Program-made: the position numbers and the translations under genes
Notes under the pieces: model-generated
What the model saw: only the letters and a program-made list of their open reading frames with translations
Database searches by the model: none
What the model was told of the DNA's origin: nothing
In this document: piece by piece, positions 1 through 9,804 of the stretch
Numbering within the stretch: position 1 is the first letter of the stretch
Layout of the letters: the number at the start of each line of letters is the position of its first letter
Source: an uncultured Spirochaetota bacterium
GTDB taxonomy: Bacteria > Spirochaetota > Spirochaetia > SZUA-6 > CAVTHK01
Length of the DNA: 64,000 nt
Reading direction: 5' to 3'
Assembly (NCBI GenBank): GCA_963734495.1
Contig: CAVTHK010000013.1
Location: 448,001-512,000, forward strand

Positions 1-2
1 CG

Positions 3-263
3 CCGGAGTTTGCCTCGGCCGGCTGGCTCCTCGAGCTCGAGAAGCAGCCGGGCTACGAGGACATCCGCAACGAGTACTTCGAGGGGCCGCTCCTGGGGAC
101 CACGTACAAGAACCACGTCTACGCGATCCCGTGGTTCAACAACGCGGGGGTCCTGTTCTACCGCAAGGACATCCTGGAAAAGGCCGGCATCAAGCCTCCC
201 GAGACGTACGAAGAGCTGGTGATCGCCTGCCAGAAGCTGCAGAAGCAGGACCTCCACGGGTTC
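3..263 (+). pseudogene. Sugar ABC transporter substrate-binding protein, partial (cut by window edge and truncated at a junction near 264)
   Basis: Manual frame-3 translation: PEFASAGWLLEL...HVYAIPWFNNAGVLFYRKDILEKAGIKPPETYEEL, a typical family 1 SBP segment; coding sense ends after DLHGF. Confidence 0.8.
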
Positions 264-264
264 G

Positions 265-741
265 ATCGTGGCGCCGCTCTACCTATGGTTCAGCAACCTG
301 CGGATCATCAACACCTACGCGGCGCTGGTTCTCCCGTACGTGACCTTCAGCCTGCCGCTCTGCATCTGGACGCTCACCGCGTTTTTCCAGGAGCTCCCGC
401 TCGACCTGGAGGACGCGGGCAAGGTGGACGGGGCGACGCCGCTGCAGACGTTCCTGCGCATCATCGTGCCGCTCGCCGCGCCGGGCATATTCACCTGCGC
501 CATCCTGATCTTCATCTACGCCTGGAACGAGTTCCTGTTCGCGCGCACGTTCATGAACCGGGAGACGTCGTACACGATCACGGTGGCGCTGCAGATGTTC
601 CAGGGCATGGGCGAGGAGCAGATCCCGTGGGGGCAGATCTCCGCCGCCTCCGTGATCGTGACGCTGCCGCTCGTGCTCGTGGTGCTGCTCTTCCAGAAAC
701 GGATCGTGTCGGGCCTCACCTCGGGAGCGATCAAGGGGTAG
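265..741 (+). pseudogene. Carbohydrate ABC permease (MalG-type), C-terminal half only
   Basis: EAA-like loop LEDAGKVDGAT, AWNEFLFA, C-terminal FQKRIVSGLTSGAIKG; N-terminal half missing. Confidence 0.85.
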
Positions 742-916
742 AAGTCCGCTCGATCTTCGACGGGCCGCCGTTCGCGCCGCCTGGGCAGGCCCGTGGCGGC
801 CGGCCGCGAACGTACCAGCGGCCTCGCGGCGACGGCACCGTGCTGGCTAACTTCATCTATATAAACAAGATAGGGCCAAAATCGCCCGCACCCACGGAAG
901 CACGCCGTGGACCCGA

Positions 917-946
917 TTGCCCAGAGACCGCAATGCCCATTATGGT
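917..946 (+). promoter_or_regulatory. Candidate sigma70 promoter of the metallopeptidase
   Basis: TTGCCC-18 nt-TATGGT, 10 nt before ATG 957. Confidence 0.35.
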
Positions 947-956
947 GTATGTTGCC

Positions 957-1991
957 ATGACTCGGGCGAGCCCATCATTCAACGGCTGGGAAACAGTCCG
1001 CTACGAGCTGCTCAAGACGCGCATCTGCGACCTCGGGCTCTCGCTCCGCTCGACCCGGCTCGCGCCGTTCCTTCAGCAGCTGTACCGGGAGCTCGAGGCT
1101 CGGAAGCTGCGCTTCAAGCCCCCCTTCTACCTCACCGACAGCTGGGGCTGCCCGGACCGCGTCCCGGTGATCGGGGTCCCGTTCTACCTCGCCGACGACC
1201 GGCTGGCGCGGATCGAGGAGGAGCAGACCGGGGAGGTGGAGGACCCGCACTCCATCATGATGCTCCTCCGTCACGAGGCCGCCCACGCGTTCAACTACGC
1301 CTACCGGCTCTGGGAGAGGCCGGAGTGGTCGGGCACCTTCGGCTCGTTCTCGCAGCCGTATCACGACGTGTTCGAGCCGAACCCGCGCAGCCGCGACTTC
1401 GTCCGCCACATCACCACCCACCACTACGGCCCGACCTACGCGCAGAAGCATCCCGACGAGGACTTTGCCGAGACGTTCGCCGTGGTGATCACGCCGCGTT
1501 CGGGGTGGCGCAGAAAGTACCGGATGTGGCCGGTCTACCGCAAGCTCGAGCTCGTCGAGCGGCTGATCCGCGAAATCGGGCCGCAGGCTCCCCTGGTCAC
1601 CGACGGCATGCTCTGGAAGCCCCTCGACCAGCTCGAGATCACGCTGGCCGAGCACTACGGCGAGCGGATCGAGCACCTGCGCGCCGCGGCCCAGGGCTAC
1701 GTCGACGACAGGCTGCGCGAGGTCTCCACCGTGCGCCGCGGGGCCGCGGCCGTGCCGCTCGCCGGCGTCCTGCGCAGGCACCGCCGGCGGCTCGCCGAGC
1801 GCATGGTGCGCTGGTCCGCCCTGCGCGAGGAGGACGCGCTGGCCATCCTCTCCAAGCTCGAGGAGCGGGCGAACGCCCTCGGCCTCGAGTTCCCGGCGAA
1901 GCGGCAGGACGAGTCGCTGATGGACCTGGCCGCCATGGCCACCGCGGCGGCGATGGACTTTGCCACGACGGGGCAGCTCCTCGACCACTAG
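957..1991 (+). CDS. Putative zinc-binding metallopeptidase (Peptidase_Mx-like)
   Basis: HExxH in LLRHEAAHAFNYAY plus YAQKHPDEDFAETFAV; start placed at ATG 957 inside ORF 219..1991. Confidence 0.8.
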   Translation: MTRASPSFNGWETVRYELLKTRICDLGLSLRSTRLAPFLQQLYRELEARKLRFKPPFYLTDSWGCPDRVPVIGVPFYLADDRLARIEEEQTGEVEDPHSIMMLLRHEAAHAFNYAYRLWERPEWSGTFGSFSQPYHDVFEPNPRSRDFVRHITTHHYGPTYAQKHPDEDFAETFAVVITPRSGWRRKYRMWPVYRKLELVERLIREIGPQAPLVTDGMLWKPLDQLEITLAEHYGERIEHLRAAAQGYVDDRLREVSTVRRGAAAVPLAGVLRRHRRRLAERMVRWSALREEDALAILSKLEERANALGLEFPAKRQDESLMDLAAMATAAAMDFATTGQLLDH

Positions 1992-2070
1992 CCGGGACGC
2001 GCCGCGGGCGACGCGCGGGCGCGCGGCGCCGCGGGCGAGCGCGGCCGCGGGCGAACGCGGCCGCCCGTCG

Positions 2071-3159
2071 TCAGCCGGCCGGGGCCCCCGGCGGCGGGAC
2101 CGCGGAGCCGAGCATCGGGACAAGCGGGTCGTACGGCGGGCCCTCGAACGCGGCCTTCACGATCATGCGCAGGAGCTGCGGGTAGGAGATGCCGGCCGCC
2201 GCGGCCGAGCGCGCGAGCGCCACGCCCTCTTCGAGGCTCGGGTTGCAGTTGACCTCGAGGACGCGGGGATTGTCCCTCGCGTCGAGCCTGATGTCGACCC
2301 TGCCGTACCCCCACCCGCCCACGATGCGGAACGCCCGCAGGGCCATCGCGCCGATCTCGCGGGCGAGCTCCGGCTCGACGACAGCCGGGCAGCGCACGCC
2401 CGTCTTTTTGTACTCCTCGGACGACTCGATGAACTTGGCGGCGTAGGACATGATCGGCGGGATCTCGGGCGGCAGGCGCGAGTAATCGACCTCGGCGAGC
2501 GGAAGCACGCGCATGCGGCGGCCCCCGAGCACGCTGACATTGAACTCCCGGCCGGGCAGGAAGCTCTCGGCCAGGGCAGGCTGGTGGTAGGTGCGGATGA
2601 CGTGCGCCGCGCGCTCCCGCAGCGCCTTCTTCGAAGAGACCACCGAGTCGCGGTCGAGCCCCACCCCGGCGTGCTCGCGGCTGGGCTGCACGATGACCGG
2701 GAACTGCCACTTGCGCCCGTCCACGTCGACGAGCCGCTCCAGCAGCGACGTCTGCGGCGGGATCGGGACGCCGACGCCCTGCAGGATGCTCGCGGCCAGG
2801 TACTTGTCGCTGTGCAGCCCGAGGGCCAGCGCCGGCGAGCCGGTCACCGGGTAGCCCATCATCCGCACGATCGCGGCGAGGCGCATCTCGTACGCGGCGC
2901 CGTGCACGACGTCCTCGTACTGGTTGAAGACGACGTCGGGCGAGAGGCGCCGCAGCCTGCGCTGAAAGTTCAGCAGGTCGCGGTGCAAAGGGAGGATGAC
3001 CACGTCGCAGCCCGTCGTGCGCAGGGCGCGCGCCATCTGCCGGATGACGACCTTGAGCTCGGCCGTGCCTCCGTGGTCTCCCGGCTTGTCGGGCATCGAG
3101 CCGGTGTCGCTGTTGTAGATGAGCACGACCCGCAGGCGCGTGCGCGGCTTTCTCGCCAT
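2071..3159 (-). CDS. D-Ala-D-Ala ligase-like ATP-grasp protein
   Basis: PDVVFNQYE, TGSPALAL, ESFLPGREFNV, GYGRVDIRLD, LEVNCNP; TATAAT just upstream (3177-3172). Confidence 0.85.
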   Translation of the reverse strand: MARKPRTRLRVVLIYNSDTGSMPDKPGDHGGTAELKVVIRQMARALRTTGCDVVILPLHRDLLNFQRRLRRLSPDVVFNQYEDVVHGAAYEMRLAAIVRMMGYPVTGSPALALGLHSDKYLAASILQGVGVPIPPQTSLLERLVDVDGRKWQFPVIVQPSREHAGVGLDRDSVVSSKKALRERAAHVIRTYHQPALAESFLPGREFNVSVLGGRRMRVLPLAEVDYSRLPPEIPPIMSYAAKFIESSEEYKKTGVRCPAVVEPELAREIGAMALRAFRIVGGWGYGRVDIRLDARDNPRVLEVNCNPSLEEGVALARSAAAAGISYPQLLRMIVKAAFEGPPYDPLVPMLGSAVPPPGAPAG

Positions 3160-3222
3160 GACTTTGCCCTTATTATAACCAGAACGCGCGGCAGGGTCCG
3201 CCGACGGGCGACTGCGCGGCCC

Positions 3223-4509
3223 CTACAGCGCCCTGCTCGCCTTGATCGCGAAATAGGCGCTCGCGAGAGCGGGCGCCAGCTCCGCGGGGGTCACGTCCAG
3301 GCTCAGCAGCCCCGCCGCGCGCAGCAGCTCGATGTCGCGGCGCCTCCGCCCGAGGACGAGGCGCGCGGCCGAGACCCGCAGCGCCGAAGCGAGGTCGACG
3401 GGCTCCTCGGCGGGGAGGGCGTCGAGCGACGCCTCGCGGAGCGCGGCGAAGAGCACCAGGTGCCGCCGCGCGAGCGCTCGCGCGGCAGGCACGAGCCCGG
3501 GGGCCGCGCCGCCGGTGTTGCTGACGAGCACGATGAGCGAGCGCTTGCGCAACCGCGAGGCGACGTCCTCGAGCGCCTGGGCCGGGTCCGAGGCGTACAC
3601 CGTCGGCTCGATGTCGTAGGTCGCGTCGAGCAGCCGGTTCACGGCGGCCGCGCCCCTGCGAGGCGCCAGGCGGAGATCGACGCCGCCAAAGGTCGCGAGC
3701 CCGACGCTGTCACCCTGCCGGAGCGCCACGTGCGACAGCAGCAGGACCGCGTTCAGGGCATGGTCGAAGTGCGCCAGCTCGTCGTCCTTGGCGCGCATGC
3801 GCCTCCCGCAGTCGAGCAGGAGCATGACCTGCTGGCCCTGCTCGTCCTGGTACTCGCGCGCGATCAGCTGCAGGCGCTTCGAGGTCGCCTTCCAGTCGAT
3901 CTGGCCGGGCGGATCGCCGGGCCGGTATTCCCGGAGCTGGTGGAACTCGAGCCCGGTCCCTCGCCTGCGGCGCTTGTGGATCCCGAGCTGGTCCACACGC
4001 TGCCCCGCGGCGAGCAGGGAATAGCGCATGAGCGAAGCGAAGTCGGGGTAGACCCGCACATCCTGCGGCTGTCCGCAGGTCATGCGCCTGTGCCACAGCC
4101 CGAGCGGCGAGGCGGCCAGCACGGCCACGCCCTCGAAGCGTGCCCGGCCGCGGGCCACCGGAACCGCGCGGTAGTCGAGCCGCGCGACGGCCGTGGACGG
4201 GAGGAGGACCCTGATCGGAAGCCCTTCGGTCCTGAGACAGTCAGGGTGGTGATCGTGGACCAGGAGCCGGCAGGCGCGCGCGGAGCGCGAGCGCAGCGTC
4301 AGGCCGACCGTGACGTGCACCCCGAGGGCGAGCACCGGGGCGACGTCGCGCGTCACCTCCGGCCCGCGCATCATGCAGGCGAGGACGAAGTCCGCGGCGA
4401 GGGCAAGGCCCGCGGCCGCGGCGGCCGGCGCCCAGAGCGAAGGCCACGGGAGGAGCGCCAGCAGCGCGAAGGCGCCGCAGACGCCGAGCGCCGCCGGCGA
4501 AGGCCTCAT
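3223..4509 (-). CDS. DUF58 domain protein (vWA-like, MoxR-associated)
   Basis: GTGLEFHQLREYRPGD...IDWKATS, LLLDCGRRM; N-terminal TM segments. Confidence 0.9.
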   Translation of the reverse strand: MRPSPAALGVCGAFALLALLPWPSLWAPAAAAAGLALAADFVLACMMRGPEVTRDVAPVLALGVHVTVGLTLRSRSARACRLLVHDHHPDCLRTEGLPIRVLLPSTAVARLDYRAVPVARGRARFEGVAVLAASPLGLWHRRMTCGQPQDVRVYPDFASLMRYSLLAAGQRVDQLGIHKRRRRGTGLEFHQLREYRPGDPPGQIDWKATSKRLQLIAREYQDEQGQQVMLLLDCGRRMRAKDDELAHFDHALNAVLLLSHVALRQGDSVGLATFGGVDLRLAPRRGAAAVNRLLDATYDIEPTVYASDPAQALEDVASRLRKRSLIVLVSNTGGAAPGLVPAARALARRHLVLFAALREASLDALPAEEPVDLASALRVSAARLVLGRRRRDIELLRAAGLLSLDVTPAELAPALASAYFAIKASRAL

Positions 4510-5519
4510 TCGCGCGGCGCCTCGACGGAGCCCAGCAGGTCGGCGATGAGCGCATCGGGCTTGTGGCCCTCGATCTCCATCTCCGGCGACACGACGACCC
4601 GGTGGCGGAGCGCCGGGAGCGCCACGGCCTTGACGTCGTCGGGAACGATAAAGGTCCTCTCCTCGAGCAGCGCCCGCACGCGGGCGGCCCGCACCAGGGC
4701 CAGGCTCCCGCGCGGCCCCGCACCCGTGGCGATCCCCGGCCACTCCCGGCTGCGGCGCACGATGCGCACCGCGTAGTCGACGACGCGCGGCGCGGCGCTG
4801 ACCCGGGCGGCCGCCTTCTGGATCCCGACGACGTCCTGCGGGCTCGCCACCGTCGCCACCGCCTCCAGCGGGAGATCGTCGCCGATGCGGCCCCCGGTCA
4901 CCCGCTCCACCATGGCGGCCTCCTGCTCGGCGCTCGGGTAGTCGATCTGGATCTTCAGCAGGAAGCGGTCGAGCTGGGCATCGGGCAGGGGGTAGGTCCC
5001 TTCGTGCTCGAGCGGGTTCTGCGTCGCCAGCGTCATGAACGGCGGCGACAGCGGGATCGACTCGCCCTCCAGGCTGACCTGCCGTTCCTGCATCACCTCC
5101 AGGAGCGCGGCCTGCGTCTTGGCGGGGGCCCGGTTGATCTCGTCCGCAATCAGGAGGTTCGTGAACACCGGCCCCCTGCGCGTCTCGAAGACGCCGCTCT
5201 TCATGTTGAACATCACGTGGCCCGTGATGTCGCTCGGCATCAGGTCGGGCGTGAACTGGACGCGGGCGACGCGGCCCCCGAAAGCTCGCGCCACGGAGCG
5301 CACCAGGAGGGTCTTGCCGAGCCCCGGCAGCCCCTCGACGATCACGTGGCCCGAGGCGAAGAGCCCGATCAGGACCTGGACGATCACTTCGTCCTGGCCG
5401 ACCACGCTCTTGCGGACTTCGGCCGTGATGGACCTGGCGAGCTGGGCACAGCGCGCGATCTCCCCGGCCGCGCCGGGGTCGCTCGATGCGGGCTGATTCT
5501 TCGGTTCCGTTTCACTCAT
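4506..5519 (-). CDS. MoxR family AAA+ ATPase
   Basis: Walker A GLPGLGKT, RVQFTPDLMPSD, ADEINRAPAKTQ, NPLEHEGTYPLPDAQLDRF. Confidence 0.95.
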   Translation of the reverse strand: MSETEPKNQPASSDPGAAGEIARCAQLARSITAEVRKSVVGQDEVIVQVLIGLFASGHVIVEGLPGLGKTLLVRSVARAFGGRVARVQFTPDLMPSDITGHVMFNMKSGVFETRRGPVFTNLLIADEINRAPAKTQAALLEVMQERQVSLEGESIPLSPPFMTLATQNPLEHEGTYPLPDAQLDRFLLKIQIDYPSAEQEAAMVERVTGGRIGDDLPLEAVATVASPQDVVGIQKAAARVSAAPRVVDYAVRIVRRSREWPGIATGAGPRGSLALVRAARVRALLEERTFIVPDDVKAVALPALRHRVVVSPEMEIEGHKPDALIADLLGSVEAPRE

Positions 5520-6613
5520 GACGTGCGCCGTTCCCTTTCCATGGAGGCTACCGCCTCGACGAATCGCTTTTCCGGCAACCGTGCCGGGGTCTTCGCGGAG
5601 GAAGCGAGCTCGGCCGGGGCCGGCCCGGACCGGACCGGGCGCCGGCGCCGCAGGTCGCGCTCGAGGGACTCCCTCACGGCGGCGAGGAGCGCGTCCGCGT
5701 GCCGCGTGCGCCACAGGAAGCGACCCGTAGCTTCGACGTGCTCGCGAAGGCTGCGCCGCGGCGGCTCCCCGGCCCCGAGGACCGGCCCGAGCCGGGAGGC
5801 ACCCCGCCACACGAACGCGGCAAGCAGGCAGAAGACCCCGATGAGGGCGGCCGGCCTGGCGCGCCAGAGGACGGCCAGCAGGCCGGGGGCATCGTCGGAG
5901 GCGACGATAGTCACCGCCTTCCCGCCGGCGGCCTCCGTGACGAGGAGCCAGGCGAGGAACGCGTTGTCGTCCTCGCCGATGAGGGTGTTCTCGAGGAAGG
6001 CAGACGACGCGAGGACGGTCAGCGAGCCTCGACCTGTATTGAAATGAAGGATCATGGCGTCTTTGCCCGCGGGCACCCGCCAGTCGGCCTTCGCGCTGCC
6101 CTCGCGGAGGAGGACGCCTGCGACGAGGCGCGCGGTGAGAGCGGACCGACGGCCGGGCCAGGCGACCCGCGACGCGCCGGCGCCCCCGAACCCTTCGGCA
6201 GGGCGCGTGCGCACGTCGAAGGCGGCGAGCAGCGCGTCCTCGGCCCCCGCGTCCGCCGCTCCCGACGCGCCCGCGTTGGCGGCGACGATGAGGTGCCCGC
6301 CTGCACGCGCCCATTCGATCAGCTCCGGCACCCTCTGTTCGAGCGACCTGCGCGCGACCGGAACCAGCAGCGTCGCACCGGGAGGCGGGAGCGCCCCGAG
6401 GGCCGCACCCGGCTGCACCGTCTCGGCGGCGAGGCCGAGGCGCCGCATCATCAGCTCCGCCGCGAGGTACGGGTTGGCCCTGGCTTCGGGTCCGGGGCCG
6501 GTCTCGATCCATCGGGTCTCTCGTGCGAAGCCGGTGCGAAAGGCCACGGCCGCCAGGCCGACCACCACGACCGCAATCGCGGTCGCCGCCGCAACGGCTG
6601 CCGTGCGTTTCAC
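5516..6613 (-). CDS. DUF4350 domain membrane protein
   Basis: N-terminal TM, EARANPYLAAE, NTLIGEDDNAFLAW, RRSLREHVEATGRFLWR; position in MoxR cluster. Confidence 0.75.
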   Translation of the reverse strand: MKRTAAVAAATAIAVVVVGLAAVAFRTGFARETRWIETGPGPEARANPYLAAELMMRRLGLAAETVQPGAALGALPPPGATLLVPVARRSLEQRVPELIEWARAGGHLIVAANAGASGAADAGAEDALLAAFDVRTRPAEGFGGAGASRVAWPGRRSALTARLVAGVLLREGSAKADWRVPAGKDAMILHFNTGRGSLTVLASSAFLENTLIGEDDNAFLAWLLVTEAAGGKAVTIVASDDAPGLLAVLWRARPAALIGVFCLLAAFVWRGASRLGPVLGAGEPPRRSLREHVEATGRFLWRTRHADALLAAVRESLERDLRRRRPVRSGPAPAELASSAKTPARLPEKRFVEAVASMERERRTS

Positions 6614-8115
6614 CGCGCGCCCCCGATCATCCCGGCCGCCCGGCCGCGAAGCTCGTCGAATACCCGCCGCTCCGGCGCGTCCTGGCCATAGGCGGCGCGG
6701 GCCCAGGCCTGCGCAGCGCTCTCGAGCAGCGACTGCTCGGGTGAGCCGGGGACCAGGTCCCGGACCCGACGGACGCATTCGCCCTCGGTCAGGCTCGCAG
6801 GCAGGTCGATCCCGGCCCGCACCGCGATCGTCGCGAGCGTCCCCCGATAGAGGAGGCTCAGGGCGCGCAGCGAGTCGCCGGCTTCCCAGGCGCGGGCCGC
6901 GGCTCCTGGCCAGTCCCGGGGCAGAGGCTCGGGGCCGACGATCCGCGCGTCCGCGCCGCGCAGGGGCGCCGGCCCCGGCGCGGCAGCGCCGCGCCGCCGG
7001 AGCTGCCGCCGGCCGCGGTAGAGGAGCCACGCGAGCAGCACCGTCGCGCCGCCGCCGAGCACCCACGGGGCGGCGTCCGCGACAAAGGTCGCCACGACCG
7101 CAAGGGGCCCCGCATCGGAGCTGCCGCGGGCCGAGCTCGTCTGCGAGGAGCTCCAGCGAGGACGCCAGAAGACCTGCTGCCGCCGCCCGCCGAACTCCTG
7201 GTCGGCGAGGACCTCGGCGATCGCGCGGCTCACCCGCGCGGCGTCGTCGCTCCCGGGAGGCTGCGCGGGAGGCTGCGCCAGAGGCTGCGCCGGCGCCTGC
7301 GCGGCCGCGGCCCACAGCCCGGCCGCCAGCGCGAGCGCGGCTCCCGCCCGCCGCGGCGCGGGGCCACTGCCGCCGCGCGCCAGCCTGCGGGCCATCCGCC
7401 GGAACACGAGCTCGATGTCCCAGCCCTCCAGCGTCACGCGGCGGTTGATGTAGAGCGTGAACCCCGCGCAGACGACGAACGGCCTCATGAGCACGAACGA
7501 CGCGACCCACAGGCAGTAGGCCAGGGGGCCCGTCAGGCGCTGCAGCTCGCGAAAAGCGGCGAGAAACACATCCTCCACTACGCCCTGGCGGGCGACCTCG
7601 AAGACGAAGAACAGCGCGCCGAGCCATGCCGCGATCTCGAAGACGAGCATCGCAGCCGCGAGCCCCGACGCCGCCCATCGACCCGAGCGCGCCACCGCCC
7701 GCAGCCGCCGGGACAGCCCCGCGCCGGCGATGCCTTCGAGCTGACGCACGGGCGCGAGATAGCACCGCCACGGGGTGAGGCGCCTCCAGGAGAGGTCGCC
7801 GGCGAGGTGAGGCAGGAGGGCCGACGCGAGGCCGGCTCTCAGGGAAGAGACAGACGGAGACTCGCCCAGGAACAGCCGGCTCGCCAGGAGCAGCGGCAGC
7901 CGCTCGCACGCGGGCAGCAGCCACCAGAACGCAGCCATCGCGAGACCGGGCCATCGCGCCAGGAGAACGCCGCATGCCACGGCGACCGGGACCGCCGTGA
8001 CGGCGACGGAAAGCAGGAAGGCGGGGAAATGGCGCCGGGCCAGGGCAAGCCCGACGTCGACCGCCTCGGCGGCGGTGCGCTCACGAATGGCGACGCTGAT
8101 CCGCTCGTAGTCCAT
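6610..8115 (-). CDS. DUF4129 domain membrane protein
   Basis: LYINRRVTLEGWDIEL, ALSLLYRG, SLTEGEC, WARAAYG; multiple TMs. Confidence 0.8.
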   Translation of the reverse strand: MDYERISVAIRERTAAEAVDVGLALARRHFPAFLLSVAVTAVPVAVACGVLLARWPGLAMAAFWWLLPACERLPLLLASRLFLGESPSVSSLRAGLASALLPHLAGDLSWRRLTPWRCYLAPVRQLEGIAGAGLSRRLRAVARSGRWAASGLAAAMLVFEIAAWLGALFFVFEVARQGVVEDVFLAAFRELQRLTGPLAYCLWVASFVLMRPFVVCAGFTLYINRRVTLEGWDIELVFRRMARRLARGGSGPAPRRAGAALALAAGLWAAAAQAPAQPLAQPPAQPPGSDDAARVSRAIAEVLADQEFGGRRQQVFWRPRWSSSQTSSARGSSDAGPLAVVATFVADAAPWVLGGGATVLLAWLLYRGRRQLRRRGAAAPGPAPLRGADARIVGPEPLPRDWPGAAARAWEAGDSLRALSLLYRGTLATIAVRAGIDLPASLTEGECVRRVRDLVPGSPEQSLLESAAQAWARAAYGQDAPERRVFDELRGRAAGMIGGAR

Positions 8116-9064
8116 GCGTACGCCCGCTCAAAGCGAGATATGCGCCGACGGCCACGGCCGCGACGACAGCCGCGGCGTACTTGACCGCGGGAGCCAGCGG
8201 CAGCGGCGACCAGAACGCCTCGATGACGGCCGCCAGCACGAGCATCGCGGCCGCGCCCGGCACCAGCGCGACGCATTCGCGGGCGGCCTTTCGCAAGGCG
8301 TCGCGGCGCGCGAGGCCGCCCGGCGACACCAGCGACCAGCCGAGGCGCAGGCCGGCCACCGCGAGGAGCACGGTAGCGCCGAGCTCCAGGGCGCTGTGGC
8401 CGCTCACGAAGGGAAAGAAGGTCCCGGAGAAGCCCCGGTTCACCAGGTGCCCCGTCACGGCCCCGAGAAAGACGCCGTTGTAGAGCAGGATGAGGATGCT
8501 CCCCACGCCAAAGAGGACCCCGCCGGCGAAGACCCGGAACCCGATGCTCGCGTTGTTAGCCACGTAGAAACCGAACATCTCGACGCGCGATCGGCTGTCG
8601 ACGGGACGGAGGAACGTCCTGGAGGCCGGGTCGTACATGGATTCGATCCGTCGCACGGCCTCCGGGTACAGGATCGAGTACACCAGCGCGGGGCTTCGGC
8701 GGACGGCGAGCGCGGTCGCGGCGATCGAGCCGAAGAACAGCGCAAAGGCGATCGCCAGCAGAGCCCAGTGCCGCCGTACGGTCGCGGGGAAGTCATGGGC
8801 GACCCACCGCGCGGCATCATTCCAGCTCACCGAGCGGCCCTTGTACAGCTGCTGATGGGCCCGGAGGGCAAGGCCGTTGAGACGCTCGACGAGCTGCACG
8901 TCGAAGAGCCGGTCGCGGGCGACCGACAGGTCGTCGCAGAGCTCCCCATAGAGCACGGGGAACGCGTCGGCCTCCCGCGTGTCGCGGCGCTCGAGGGCGC
9001 GGACCAGTTCCTCCGTCCGACGCCACCTCCCCTCGCCCGCCGCGCGGAACGTCTCCTGCCTCAC
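8081..9064 (-). CDS. Stage II sporulation protein M (SpoIIM) family membrane protein
   Basis: MFGFYVANNASIGF, FVSGHSALEL, AAVIEAFWS; GTG start overlapping the RDD stop. Confidence 0.85.
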   Translation of the reverse strand: MRQETFRAAGEGRWRRTEELVRALERRDTREADAFPVLYGELCDDLSVARDRLFDVQLVERLNGLALRAHQQLYKGRSVSWNDAARWVAHDFPATVRRHWALLAIAFALFFGSIAATALAVRRSPALVYSILYPEAVRRIESMYDPASRTFLRPVDSRSRVEMFGFYVANNASIGFRVFAGGVLFGVGSILILLYNGVFLGAVTGHLVNRGFSGTFFPFVSGHSALELGATVLLAVAGLRLGWSLVSPGGLARRDALRKAARECVALVPGAAAMLVLAAVIEAFWSPLPLAPAVKYAAAVVAAVAVGAYLALSGRTHGLRADQRRHS

Positions 9065-9783
9065 GCCCCGCCTCCCCGCTGCCCGGTGATCCAGGACGCC
9101 AGGCCGGCGATCGCCGCCACCGGGTCGGTGCGCGCTTCGGGCCGCGCGTCCACCAGCGCGGCCACCGGCTCGGCGAGCTCGCGGGCGCGGCCTTCGCCGA
9201 GGAACGGCGCCCGCTCGGCGAACCGCACGACGGCCTTCTGCTCCATCAGCGTGAGGGCGACCGCCGGCGCCGCGGCCTGCGCGCCGCCCCGCGAAGCCGC
9301 CTGCCACACCGGCGCGCCGCCGTCGCGGTAGACCACGAGCGTCCCCGCCGCGAGGTCGCCGAGGCGGCGGAACCCGCGGGTCGCGAGCATCGTCACCAGT
9401 GCCGTCACGGGCACCAGGGGAAGCATGTCGGCCGCGCGCAGCAGGTTGCGGATCAGGGAAGCAGCCGCGTCCACCGGCAGCCCGCTGGCCCGCACGACCT
9501 GCAGCCGGAACAGCGCCTTTCCCGGCGTCGCCCCTCCGCGCAGCAGCTCGAAGGCCACCGGGTAGAACCAGGTCACAGCGAACGCCAGGACATACGAGAT
9601 GCCGCTTCCCACCGCGCCGCCGAACGAAAGGGGAACCACGAGGAGCAGCAGGAGGAGAAACTGCAGGAACGAGTCGAAGAGCCACGCGCCCAGGCGCGTG
9701 ACCGGACCGGCGGGCCGAAGCTCCAGGATCACGCCCTCGGGTGTCTCGACCGGGAAGACGGTGTCGAGGTAGGTCGAGGCCAT
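9061..9783 (-). CDS. RDD family protein
   Basis: VETPEGV, RLGAWLFD, GATPGK, IRNLLRAAD, RLGDLAAGTLVVY. Confidence 0.9.
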   Translation of the reverse strand: MASTYLDTVFPVETPEGVILELRPAGPVTRLGAWLFDSFLQFLLLLLLVVPLSFGGAVGSGISYVLAFAVTWFYPVAFELLRGGATPGKALFRLQVVRASGLPVDAAASLIRNLLRAADMLPLVPVTALVTMLATRGFRRLGDLAAGTLVVYRDGGAPVWQAASRGGAQAAAPAVALTLMEQKAVVRFAERAPFLGEGRARELAEPVAALVDARPEARTDPVAAIAGLASWITGQRGGGA

Positions 9784-9804
9784 GGCGAGCGACCGGGGCG
9801 CCCT

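Noticed and set aside
219-956. N-terminal extension of the 590-aa ORF
   Set aside because: It is a read-through of the SBP remnant, an off-frame permease and intergenic DNA
1992-2070. GCCGCGGGCGA repeats (and the repeats at 28589 and 40892) as a CRISPR array
   Set aside because: Too few and too short or irregular, no unique spacers, no cas genes
2071-3159. Housekeeping ddl or van ligase
   Set aside because: Missing the GGxSxE motif and no cell-wall or van gene context
1960-4776. Long antisense or alternate-frame ORFs (also 14014..16518, 26396..28513, 56549..58846)
   Set aside because: Shadow ORFs expected from high-GC codon bias opposite well-supported genes; Arg/Ala/Gly-rich with no motifs
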